This document shows, piece by piece, positions 1 through 8,029 of a stretch of 40,942 nt of DNA. The translations under genes were made by a program, and so were the position numbers. Location of the stretch: the IMG/VR virus record IMGVR_UViG_3300037510_000114, positions 1 to 40,942 of that record. One strand, given 5' to 3'. The notes below the pieces were generated by a model. It was not told the origin of the DNA. It saw only the letters and a program-made list of their open reading frames with translations, and did not search any database. How positions within the stretch are numbered: position 1 is the first letter of the stretch; every line of letters begins with the position of its first letter. Origin of the DNA: a virus (taxonomy: Duplodnaviria; Caudoviricetes).

Positions 1-11
1 GGGCAGAGTAT

Positions 12-509
12 ATGCGCTATACGGCGTTCGTGCGCTCCGAGGCGAAGCGCATCCTGCTAGCCTTCGCCTCCGCGGTCACGCCTGGCCTTGAGAGTGCGAT
101 GGCCGCCGAAAGCCTCGCGCTCAAAGACGAACTACGCGCATTGAGGGCGGACGCGCGGGCGATAGAGGAAGAGCGCGACGAAGTGAAGCAGGAACGGGAC
201 GAGATTCTCGGCTACCACGCCCACGCCGCCGCCGCGTACGAGACAGCGGTCGCTGAGATCAAGGCGCTCCGTGGCGAGCGGGACATTCTTCTTGATGAGG
301 TGGTTCGTCTGACGGAAGCGCGAGATGCGGCACGGCTGGCGCACCAGTGCAGTGAGGGCGTGCTCTCGATGACAGTTCATCGGCTGGAAGGGATCGTCGA
401 AGGCGCTCCGACTGGCCGCCACAACTTCCTGCAGCGCATCGACGCGTTGCGCGAGATTGAGAAGCAGTTCGCTGCCAGCGCATGCACACCTACGAAGTCG
501 GCCCCCTGA
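12..509 (+). CDS. hypothetical phage protein, coiled-coil rich
   Basis: 165-aa ORF with heptad-like charged helices (LKDELRALRADARAIEEERDEVKQERDE). Start is uncertain and could be the internal ATG of MAAES. Confidence 0.55.
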   Translation: MRYTAFVRSEAKRILLAFASAVTPGLESAMAAESLALKDELRALRADARAIEEERDEVKQERDEILGYHAHAAAAYETAVAEIKALRGERDILLDEVVRLTEARDAARLAHQCSEGVLSMTVHRLEGIVEGAPTGRHNFLQRIDALREIEKQFAASACTPTKSAP

Positions 510-569
510 GGCGCGCGGTGCGGGGGTAGGAGTAGAATCTGAGACTACCGATCAGCTGAGACAGACATC

Positions 570-761
570 ATGAGCACAGAAACGCCGAAGGTGAAACAAC
601 TCACCGCTCAGGACTTCATCCTCTGCGAGTGCGGCTGCGGGCAGTACATCCCGCCACCGCGAAGCCCAGAGGTGCAAGCGAGCTACGAGAACTACCTGAA
701 GCTGGCCACACCCTGCTCTGATACACCTCGGAGGGAACCTACGGAGGGTGGCAATGCCTGA
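570..761 (+). CDS. small hypothetical protein with CECGCG motif
   Basis: 63-aa ORF. CxCGCG is a common phage metal-binding motif. It overlaps the next gene. Confidence 0.55.
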   Translation: MSTETPKVKQLTAQDFILCECGCGQYIPPPRSPEVQASYENYLKLATPCSDTPRREPTEGGNA

Positions 762-951
762 GCCTTCTCCCCACACGGCCCGTTCTCCCGGAGCGCAGGC
801 CGCAGACCGCACGTATACGGCTGACGAGGTGCGCGAGCTCATGATGCGCGCGTGGCGCGAAGGCTGGGCGCGGCCGCGGCACGGCAACCTCGGCGAGTGG
901 CGCCACGAGGATGTCGAGCGGCTGCTCGCGGAGTTCAACGATCGTGGCTGA
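754..951 (+). CDS. hypothetical phage protein
   Basis: GGAGG at 743-747 precedes ATG 754. Contains YTADEVRELMMRAWREGW and lies in a tightly packed plus-strand run. Confidence 0.55.
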   Translation: MPEPSPHTARSPGAQAADRTYTADEVRELMMRAWREGWARPRHGNLGEWRHEDVERLLAEFNDRG

Positions 952-1132
952 CGACCAGCCCCGCATCGAACGCGCCTCCCTGCCGCTCTCCCCCTGCTGT
1001 GATGCCACCTTTGAACAGCTCCAGCAGGATGGCCAAGCCTTCGCGTGTGCGGAGTGTGGACGGGCATACACGTTGCTGCAAATCGAACGGTTAGATATTC
1101 TCGGGATCCTGAAGAAGAGCGAGGAGCGATGA
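944..1132 (+). CDS. small putative zinc-ribbon protein
   Basis: GTG 944 overlaps the previous stop. Motif PCC...CAECG; ATGA overlap with the next gene. Confidence 0.5.
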   Translation: MADDQPRIERASLPLSPCCDATFEQLQQDGQAFACAECGRAYTLLQIERLDILGILKKSEER

Positions 1133-1590
1133 GTGACGCGGTCATGACGCAGGAGCCGGGGCTCTTCTATCCGTTCCTTCTGCGTTTTTGGGGCGGTGGC
1201 CAAGACAAGCTTGCGGCTCGCTATGGACTCGTCCAGAACGATGACGAGGCTTATGCGATGTGGTTCGAAACAGACGCAGCGCGGCGACAATTCATTGAGG
1301 CATACACGTACACGGATCCGATGGATACCGTCGTATTCGACGCCAAGGACCCATCAGGCGATGGCGACCCCTGGAAACAGACCATCGCGCGTGTCACGTT
1401 GCGCCTGCCGGATGGATCAACCAGAACCTACGATCAGAACTTCGGGTACGGCTACCCGTGGCATTCCGTCGAGTTCATGTATTACGACGGCAACTACTCC
1501 TGCGACTGCAATCGAGCCACGTTCGCTGGCATAGATGACGACATGCCGTGTGGCGATACGCTGGAACTAGTTCGGCTCGAACAGATCTAG
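1129..1590 (+). CDS. hypothetical phage protein (YSCDCNR motif)
   Basis: GAGGAG RBS, ATG 1129 coupled to the upstream stop. C-terminal GNYSCDCNR...MPCG Cys cluster. Converges on the late operon. Confidence 0.65.
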   Translation: MSDAVMTQEPGLFYPFLLRFWGGGQDKLAARYGLVQNDDEAYAMWFETDAARRQFIEAYTYTDPMDTVVFDAKDPSGDGDPWKQTIARVTLRLPDGSTRTYDQNFGYGYPWHSVEFMYYDGNYSCDCNRATFAGIDDDMPCGDTLELVRLEQI

Positions 1591-1599
1591 CCAGTCGGT

Positions 1600-1971
1600 C
1601 TAGCTCACCCCCACCAGATTCCGTACGTAGAACGACACGTTGTGGTTATGTTCCCCGCCTGAGAACACCACATGGAAGGCGAAGTAGCGCAGCTCCATGG
1701 GATTCGATCCCAAGATGACGGTATCGGCTGGATCCAGCGTGAAGGACAGGATCCCGCCCGTGACCAGCGTCCCGTTCCCCGTATTCAGCGCATTCTCGTT
1801 CTGCAAGCCGTTCACGATCGCGCCCACCGAATCGGTCAGCGTCACCGTCAACGCAGAGACCGCGCTCGGGTCGATCGGCGTGCCGGTCTGATCCTTGAGC
1901 ACGGCCCCATAGATGGCGGTGGACTTTTCCGGGATCGCATCCCCGGCAGAGAATCGGGTAATCGCTTCCAT
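1600..1971 (-). CDS. putative virion protein, BppU N-terminal/Ig-like beta-sandwich
   Basis: Pattern VLKDQTGTPID...LTVTL...GILSFTLDPADT resembles BppU-like baseplate domains. 1-nt overlap with the upstream gene. Confidence 0.5.
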   Translation of the reverse strand: MEAITRFSAGDAIPEKSTAIYGAVLKDQTGTPIDPSAVSALTVTLTDSVGAIVNGLQNENALNTGNGTLVTGGILSFTLDPADTVILGSNPMELRYFAFHVVFSGGEHNHNVSFYVRNLVGVS

Positions 1972-2201
1972 CAGATCGGCTCCAAGGTCTCGTCACGGAA
2001 GGACAGGGCTGACGTCAGGCTCTCGGAGGAGACCGTGATGGACGGCGTCAAGGTCTCAGCCGAGAACGAGAGGGCCGGCGTCAGCGTTTCGCCCGTGAAG
2101 GTGATGAAGTCATAGACGATCACCGTGAACGAGGCCGACGAATACGGCCCGAACGCACCAGGCACGAGGTAGCCGGACTGGACCGAGGCGTCGAGTAGCA
2201 T
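1971..2201 (-). CDS. small hypothetical protein with four 11-aa repeats
   Basis: FITFTGETLTP / ALSFSAETLTP / SITVSSESLTS / ALSFRDETLEP. Tightly packed between its neighbours. Confidence 0.65.
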   Translation of the reverse strand: MLLDASVQSGYLVPGAFGPYSSASFTVIVYDFITFTGETLTPALSFSAETLTPSITVSSESLTSALSFRDETLEPI

Positions 2202-2204
2202 CGA

Positions 2205-4547
2205 CTACGGCTCCGTCACAATGACCAGTTCGCGCGTCCGCGCCCCCGTGGCGCTGAACCGCAGCACGATCGTGTTGCCATTCAGGTCCGCTGCGGAGAG
2301 GTCGATCAGATACCAGCCATTCGACTTCTCGGTCGGCACATTCGTCGCCGGACTGAATCCGACCCCATCAATCATCCGCTGGGCCGCCACCGTTAGCCCC
2401 GTCGCGGGAGTTTTGCCGTCCGAGTCCAACACCATCAGGAACGGGAAGGCCGTCAGCGCCGTGTTCTTCTTGATCCCAGCCCCATCCGTCAGCGTGCGCG
2501 TGCCAGCCGCCCAGACCTGCGAGGGCGCCGCCTGCACCGCCGAATACAGATCCGATTGCACCCCGCTCATGACGCCCAGGTCGCTTGAGACGTCGCTCAG
2601 TAGGGAGTAGATATCCGAGACGCCCGATTGCGCCACCAGCAGGCGGCTGGCGTTCTGCCGGACCCCACTCAGGATGTCGCTCAGGTTCGAGGCGATCTCG
2701 AGGGCCACCGCCGAGGCGATATCGCTGATGGCGCTCTGGGTCAACGTGCCGGCGGCAATGGCTGAGCGAATGTCGCTCATACTGGACGCATCCACCGGCA
2801 CCCCGGCTGCCAGGGCTGAGATGACATCAGAGGTCAGCGCGGACAACTGCGAATCCGTGGCGACCCGTTTCGGCACACGCGACTGGAAGTCACTCTGCAT
2901 GTCCGACAGCAGGCTGTAGACATCCGAGATGCGGCTCTGGTTCAGGAGCACCCGGCTATTCGTCTGCTGGGCGGCGGAGGCCGCATCCGACGCCATCGAC
3001 GCCACCAGCACCAACTGGGAGCGGCCGGCGGGCTCGAGCGGGACCCGCGAGTTGAAGTTGCTGTTCAGGTCGGACAGCATCGAGTAGGTATCCGAGGCCT
3101 GCGATTGAATCAGCAGCACCCGCGAGTTCGCTTGCTGCGCGGCTGATAGGATGTCGCTCAGCCTCGAGGCCAAGACCTGATCCACCCGGCTGGCGATATC
3201 CGAGATGTCGGAGGTCGTGATCGTGGTCACCGCCGCGGCCACTGCACTGGCAATGTCGCTGATGTCGGACTGCGTCAGGTTGACGGTCACCGCCTGCACC
3301 GCGGATCGGATGTCACTCATCGTCGAGGCATCGAGCGCGATGCCCGCGGTGATGAGTGATCGGAGATCGCTGGCCACATCCGACAACTGACTGTTGCTGG
3401 CGACGAGCTTCGGCACGCGGCTCTGGAAGTCCGACTGCAGGTCGCTGACGTGCGAGCGGATATCGGACACGAACGACTGAATCACCAGTGCGCGAGAGTT
3501 GGTCTGCTGGGCCGCCGAGAGAATGTCCGAGATGTCCGAGGCCAAGACCGCTTGGACGCGCGAGGCGATATCCGAGATATCGGAGACGGTCAACGTCCCC
3601 GCCGAGCCAGCGGAGATCGCACTCCGTAGATCGGACATCGTCGAGGCGTTGAGCTGCACGCCCGTCGTGGTCATCAGCGACAGCAGATCAGAGAGCAGAT
3701 CCGAGGCCGAGGACCGGATGTCCGAGAGGAACGATTGCGCAACTAGCAACCGCGACGAGTTCAGTCGGACACCCGAGAGGATGTCTGAGACATCAGAAGC
3801 GAGCACGGCCTGCACCCGCGACGCGATATCGGAGATGTCCGAGACCGTGAGCACACCCGCAGGGCCGGCCGTGATCGCGCTACGGAGGTCTGACAGCGAG
3901 GACGCATTGAGTTGCACGCCTGTGACGGTCACGACCGACAGCAAATCTGACAGGAGATCCGACACCGACGAGCGGACGTCGGAGAGCACACCGCTCATAA
4001 CCACGAGGTATGACCGTAGATCCGAATGCAGGTCCGATAACTGCGAGTTCGTCGCGACGGCCTTGGGCACTCTCGACTGGAAGTCGGACATCAGATCCGA
4101 CAGCATCGAGTACGTGTCAGAGATTCGACTTTGATTGAGCAGGACGCGCGAATTGGCCTGCTGCGCAGCCGACGCGGCATCCGAGGCCATGGACTGGATG
4201 ACCGTCAGCGCCGACATGATGTCGCTGTCGTCGTTGTCCACGCACGACCACTGCATGATCTGTTCAGCGCATCCTGTCACACCAGCAAAGCGCGCCTGCA
4301 TCACGTCGAAGTTATTCTCCGTCGTCTTGAGCGTGACCCGGAACACCCCCGATCGGACAAGGCTAGCCAGCTTTGAGATCGCCCCGCTCGTCATCGCCGC
4401 GGACGTGCCGGTATTCATGCCGTAGAACTTGCGGGTGCCGGCATTGAACTGGCTCGCCGTCACGGCCGACTTGATCGACACGAAGTCTGTCGAATCGACC
4501 ATCGGTACGAACAGTTGGTGCAACGCGCCTTTCTTCGGGGCGGCCAT
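2205..4547 (-). CDS. Ser-Asp-rich helical repeat protein (putative fibre) with related N- and C-terminal globular domains
   Basis: 780 aa, GGAGG RBS. The central ~560 aa holds about 48 SD dipeptides in modular repeats. Confidence 0.8.
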   Translation of the reverse strand: MAAPKKGALHQLFVPMVDSTDFVSIKSAVTASQFNAGTRKFYGMNTGTSAAMTSGAISKLASLVRSGVFRVTLKTTENNFDVMQARFAGVTGCAEQIMQWSCVDNDDSDIMSALTVIQSMASDAASAAQQANSRVLLNQSRISDTYSMLSDLMSDFQSRVPKAVATNSQLSDLHSDLRSYLVVMSGVLSDVRSSVSDLLSDLLSVVTVTGVQLNASSLSDLRSAITAGPAGVLTVSDISDIASRVQAVLASDVSDILSGVRLNSSRLLVAQSFLSDIRSSASDLLSDLLSLMTTTGVQLNASTMSDLRSAISAGSAGTLTVSDISDIASRVQAVLASDISDILSAAQQTNSRALVIQSFVSDIRSHVSDLQSDFQSRVPKLVASNSQLSDVASDLRSLITAGIALDASTMSDIRSAVQAVTVNLTQSDISDIASAVAAAVTTITTSDISDIASRVDQVLASRLSDILSAAQQANSRVLLIQSQASDTYSMLSDLNSNFNSRVPLEPAGRSQLVLVASMASDAASAAQQTNSRVLLNQSRISDVYSLLSDMQSDFQSRVPKRVATDSQLSALTSDVISALAAGVPVDASSMSDIRSAIAAGTLTQSAISDIASAVALEIASNLSDILSGVRQNASRLLVAQSGVSDIYSLLSDVSSDLGVMSGVQSDLYSAVQAAPSQVWAAGTRTLTDGAGIKKNTALTAFPFLMVLDSDGKTPATGLTVAAQRMIDGVGFSPATNVPTEKSNGWYLIDLSAADLNGNTIVLRFSATGARTRELVIVTEP
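2541..4230 (-). repeat. degenerate protein-level repeat region (SD repeats)
   Basis: Recurrent modules such as SAAQQ[AT]NSRVLL.QS.[IA]SD.YS.LSD..S[DN]F.SRVP and ASTMSD.RSA...T.SDISDIAS.V. Confidence 0.85.
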
Positions 4548-4548
4548 G

Positions 4549-5154
4549 CTAGCCTCCAGTCACGACGATCAAGCCCTCAGCGAACAAAGGCCGGCCGTTA
4601 TACCAGGCGAACGTTTCGATCGTGTAGCCGGCTCTCGCCAGCAGCACACTCAGAGTCTTCCACGAATACCACGCGACATGATCTTTGTTCACGCACTCGA
4701 CCCCGCGCGCCAGTTGCGCCCGCCCCGCTTCTGCGAACGCGTTCGGCACGGTGATGATCACCGGCACGCCTTTATAGCGAGTTCGTAATCTGCGCAGAAA
4801 CTGGCCCGGGTTGCTCAGGTGTTCGATCACCTCGCCGCAGACGATCAGATCAACGTCCGCGTAGAACGGCAGGTGCAGATCCTGATTGTCCAGATCGATG
4901 CCGGTCACACCATCGCCATCTTCACGATCCCAGCCATAGGTCTTCGCCGCCACGGCCACGATCCGATCATGCATCGGGCCGGACGCCCCGACATCGAGCA
5001 CCGTGTGGCCCTTGCAGCGTTCCAAGATGAACGCCGAGCGATCAACCACCTCGGCGACCGGGACAGCATGCAGCATCTTCTTGGCGTACGCCTCTGAGAC
5101 TGGCGTAGCCTGTCCGAGTTGGCTGCGGAGATCGTCGATCGTGGCGTAGATCAC
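4549..5154 (-). CDS. class I SAM-dependent methyltransferase
   Basis: Motif I VLDVGASG plus DLIVCGEVIEHL and ITVPN, typical of Methyltransf_11/23 enzymes in glycan loci. GTG 5154 overlaps the GT stop (GTGA). Confidence 0.85.
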   Translation of the reverse strand: MIYATIDDLRSQLGQATPVSEAYAKKMLHAVPVAEVVDRSAFILERCKGHTVLDVGASGPMHDRIVAVAAKTYGWDREDGDGVTGIDLDNQDLHLPFYADVDLIVCGEVIEHLSNPGQFLRRLRTRYKGVPVIITVPNAFAEAGRAQLARGVECVNKDHVAWYSWKTLSVLLARAGYTIETFAWYNGRPLFAEGLIVVTGG

Positions 5155-6098
5155 AGATACCTCTGGTAGATGGCCGTCGCCTGTCTCACCGTCTCCTGAA
5201 CATCGTGCTTGCGCTCGGCCCATGCGCGGAAGTCGAACTGCCCCTTGGCCTCGTGCGCCTTGATGATCGCATCCGCCATTGATTCGGGCGTGAAGTCGCA
5301 TCGAAACGGGTACTCCTCATCTCGGTAGCCAGCGCCGATGAACGCCTTGCCGGCTCCGAAGGCTTCGATGCCTCTCGCAAAAAGAGGAAATAGCCCAGAC
5401 ACGACGATGTCAGCCCTGGAATACAGCAAGTTCACGTCTTCGTCTTTGACCGGTCCCATCAATGATCGCACGAACGTATGCCATTTCGCGTGCGCAATCA
5501 GCGCGCTGAACGTCTCGTACATCCGCTTATCTTCCACATTGAACAGGTGCATCCGCGCGTTCGGCAGCACCTGCGACACGCGCTCCATCGCCAGCAATGG
5601 AATCAGCGGATTGCGTTGCCCTCGCCAGTGCTCGCAGTAGAGCACCGCCGGATCGCCAGAGAGCCGAGACGCCGGATTCTTCGGATCATGCGCAGGCACG
5701 TCCAGAGGCGTGAACCTTTGTAGGTCGATGCCCTTCGGCACAACGTATGTGCGCTTGATAGCGTTCCATGCCGACCACTCCTCTTTGCGCATGGCGATGA
5801 ACGCTTCGCAGATCGGCGCTAGGTCGATGATCGCCTTCATCGAGACGCCATTGCCCACGCTCGACAATGGCTCGCCGTGGCAAAAAAGCAGCTTGGGAAT
5901 TCTGTCGTGATAGGTCCGCTGACTGATCTGGCTATGTATCAGATGAACATCAGGACGATCAATCCAACCATACAGCACTGTCTCGTCTGGTTGCCTGATC
6001 TCGACGCCATGTCCCTGCTGTTCTTCGGCCTTCACGAGTTCCAACGTCGTAAATGCTAAACCCGATTTTTCACGCTTAAGCCAGTGCCGTAGCTTCAC
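5151..6098 (-). CDS. glycosyltransferase, GT-B fold (GT4-like)
   Basis: GHGVEI, DVHLIHS, VVPKGIDLQRF, LLYSRADIVV, GIEAFGAGKAFIG. GTG 6098 overlaps the upstream stop (GTGA). Confidence 0.8.
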   Translation of the reverse strand: MKLRHWLKREKSGLAFTTLELVKAEEQQGHGVEIRQPDETVLYGWIDRPDVHLIHSQISQRTYHDRIPKLLFCHGEPLSSVGNGVSMKAIIDLAPICEAFIAMRKEEWSAWNAIKRTYVVPKGIDLQRFTPLDVPAHDPKNPASRLSGDPAVLYCEHWRGQRNPLIPLLAMERVSQVLPNARMHLFNVEDKRMYETFSALIAHAKWHTFVRSLMGPVKDEDVNLLYSRADIVVSGLFPLFARGIEAFGAGKAFIGAGYRDEEYPFRCDFTPESMADAIIKAHEAKGQFDFRAWAERKHDVQETVRQATAIYQRYL

Positions 6099-6826
6099 GC
6101 AGCCAGTCCCTTCCGAATCCCCAAGTTCGTCCCCAAGCGAATCCGATGAATGTTCTTCGTGACCTTGCCACCGCCCGTCTCTGGCTGGAAACTCGCCATC
6201 ACATGCACGATCGCCAATCCGAACGGATTCGTGCCGCTGCCGTAGTTCGAAATCAACGATCGGCTCCCGGCCGGCGTGACCGCCGCATTCGTGTCGAGCA
6301 GTGCCCACCCACCGTCGGCGCCATCAAAGGTGCGCCGCGTCGTGCTCGCACCCGCTGTTGGTGCCGAGCCACCGTCATATCCGCCATGCAGCAACACCAC
6401 CCAGCAGTTGTCGGCCACCGTCGTCAACGAAGTCGTGAGCGAGGTATCGGATGTGCTGCTGAAGTTCGTCGTCGTGTTGTCCGGTTGCGCGCTCTGCTTG
6501 ACCCCGGTATAGCTTACTGCACCGCCCTGGATCAGATGCGATGAACTGCACGTGATGACGACGTTGTGCGCCCCTGTCGCCGGCCCCAGGATGTAATAGA
6601 TGTACGAGATTCGGTCGCCGCCCGTGGTGCTCGTGATCTTCTGCGCCAGTGTCAGCGCCACACTGGCGTAGGTGACGGAGGACACGTCGTCGGCTCCGCC
6701 GAAGTTGTCTCCGGAGAAGCCGACGACCAGCAGCCCATTACTGCCGGTGCACGTGTGCGAGAAGGTCAGACTCGTCCCGGGATTAACCTTCCCGCCGTCG
6801 GTGGCCGCATCGAACGCAATCGCCAT
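6095..6826 (-). CDS. hypothetical Thr/Ser/Gly-rich beta protein, probably virion-associated
   Basis: 243 aa with two similar beta-rich halves (SLTFSHTCTGSNGLLVVG / SLTTSLTTVADNCWVVLL) and no signal peptide. Confidence 0.7.
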   Translation of the reverse strand: MAIAFDAATDGGKVNPGTSLTFSHTCTGSNGLLVVGFSGDNFGGADDVSSVTYASVALTLAQKITSTTGGDRISYIYYILGPATGAHNVVITCSSSHLIQGGAVSYTGVKQSAQPDNTTTNFSSTSDTSLTTSLTTVADNCWVVLLHGGYDGGSAPTAGASTTRRTFDGADGGWALLDTNAAVTPAGSRSLISNYGSGTNPFGLAIVHVMASFQPETGGGKVTKNIHRIRLGTNLGIRKGLAA

Positions 6827-6829
6827 CGA

Positions 6830-7072
6830 TTAGCCGCCCAGAATCTGGATCTCCGCTGGCACATCCACCGGAGAGACCGGGATCGGGGTCACGTCGTCGA
6901 AGCTCGAGTTGTTGATGATGATCTTCACGTGACTGACGTACCCGCCGACCCCGTTGGAGACATTCCCCGCCCACACCGATGCGCGCGTGGTGCCTGTGGG
7001 TAAGATCCCGCGGTTCACCAAGGCCGTCAGGAAGTCATCCGTCAGAATGTCGAGAATCTGCTGCTGCGCCAT
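6830..7072 (-). CDS. hypothetical protein
   Basis: 80-aa ORF ending 3 nt before the next gene, in operon orientation. Confidence 0.6.
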   Translation of the reverse strand: MAQQQILDILTDDFLTALVNRGILPTGTTRASVWAGNVSNGVGGYVSHVKIIINNSSFDDVTPIPVSPVDVPAEIQILGG

Positions 7073-7127
7073 GTGTTACGCGTTCCCTGTCGTGCTATCC
7101 GAATCTCCAGATCCGACCGTTGAACGA

Positions 7128-7201
7128 TCGGCGAGGCCCCCTCACAGTCAGTAACACACTGACCGTCCGCCTCCCTCAAGGTCCTGAGCGGACCTCGCCG
7201 A
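7128..7201. other. long intergenic stem-loop with internal hairpin
   Basis: TCGGCGAGG (7128-36) pairs with CCTCGCCGA (7193-7201), CTCA with TGAG, and there is an inner GTCAGT-aacac-ACTGAC hairpin (7147-63). Confidence 0.6.
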
Positions 7202-7215
7202 ATCTTTGCGCTGTC

Positions 7216-7527
7216 CTACACCGTGGGCGCCGGCGGCACCGACGGCACCGGATTGCTGCTGTCCACCGCGATGCCGTTCAGCGCCGTCCCGATGGCGTCG
7301 AGTCCGGTCGAGACCGTATCCAGCTTGGTCGTCTCGGCATCGAGCGTGGCCTTGACGGACGCCACGTCGGCCGGCGACATGGAGGTGTTGATCTTGTCGA
7401 TGAGCGCCGCGACGCGCGTCGAAACGCCGTCCACCGCCGTGCTCAGAGTAGCGACATGACCACCGAGGGTCGTCGTAGCCGTATCGACCGCATCGAGCGC
7501 GGCTTGGAAGTCCGGATTGATAGACAT
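7216..7527 (-). CDS. hypothetical helical/coiled-coil protein
   Basis: AAGGA RBS, heptad-like Ala/Thr/Asp helices and a Pro-rich tail. Confidence 0.7.
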   Translation of the reverse strand: MSINPDFQAALDAVDTATTTLGGHVATLSTAVDGVSTRVAALIDKINTSMSPADVASVKATLDAETTKLDTVSTGLDAIGTALNGIAVDSSNPVPSVPPAPTV

Positions 7528-7539
7528 GGTTAAATCCTT

Positions 7540-7755
7540 TTACGTGGTCGGTGGGTCCGGCGAGACCCGATCGAGTGTGTCCGCCGCTTCGCCGAGCGTG
7601 GTGCCCGCCTCCGTGATTCGCTGCGCATCCTTGGTGAGTGCGGCGATCACGGCAGGAGACGCGCTGGCATCGCCGCGGATCAACGCGACGAATGCCGTGA
7701 ATTCTTCGATACTCGTGATGACAAGATGGAAGCCCTGTCGATCGTGGCCGTTCAT
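7540..7755 (-). CDS. hypothetical protein
   Basis: 71 aa, AGGAG upstream, in operon. Confidence 0.6.
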   Translation of the reverse strand: MNGHDRQGFHLVITSIEEFTAFVALIRGDASASPAVIAALTKDAQRITEAGTTLGEAADTLDRVSPDPPTT

Positions 7756-7759
7756 GGAT

Positions 7760-8029
7760 TCAGGCTCCTGGTGATGTGGAGGGATCCGGGGCGCCCCACT
7801 TGTTGGCGATCGCCTGCGCGTGGGCGATCAGCTTGTCCGAATCCTCGCCCAGCTTCGCGATCCAGTAGGCGTCCGTCAGTTCCGCCGGCACAGGCGTGTT
7901 CGGATGATCGGCGACCCACTTATCCCGCGCCGACTTGAAGACCGCGAACAGGGTCAGGGCGCCCTGCAAGATGCCGGCGAGTTGATTCTCGCCCGTGATG
8001 ATGCTGCCGAGCGTGCCAGTTACAGACAT
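7760..8029 (-). CDS. hypothetical protein with N-terminal hydrophobic helix
   Basis: 89 aa, LAGILQGALTLFAVF, overlaps the end of the lipoprotein gene. Confidence 0.6.
   Translation of the reverse strand: MSVTGTLGSIITGENQLAGILQGALTLFAVFKSARDKWVADHPNTPVPAELTDAYWIAKLGEDSDKLIAHAQAIANKWGAPDPSTSPGA

Noticed and set aside
2541-4230. CRISPR array or diversity-generating retroelement repeats
   Set aside because: The repeats are degenerate, in-frame and protein-level, with no constant repeat-spacer pattern, no adenine-specific TR/VR pair and no cas or reverse transcriptase gene.
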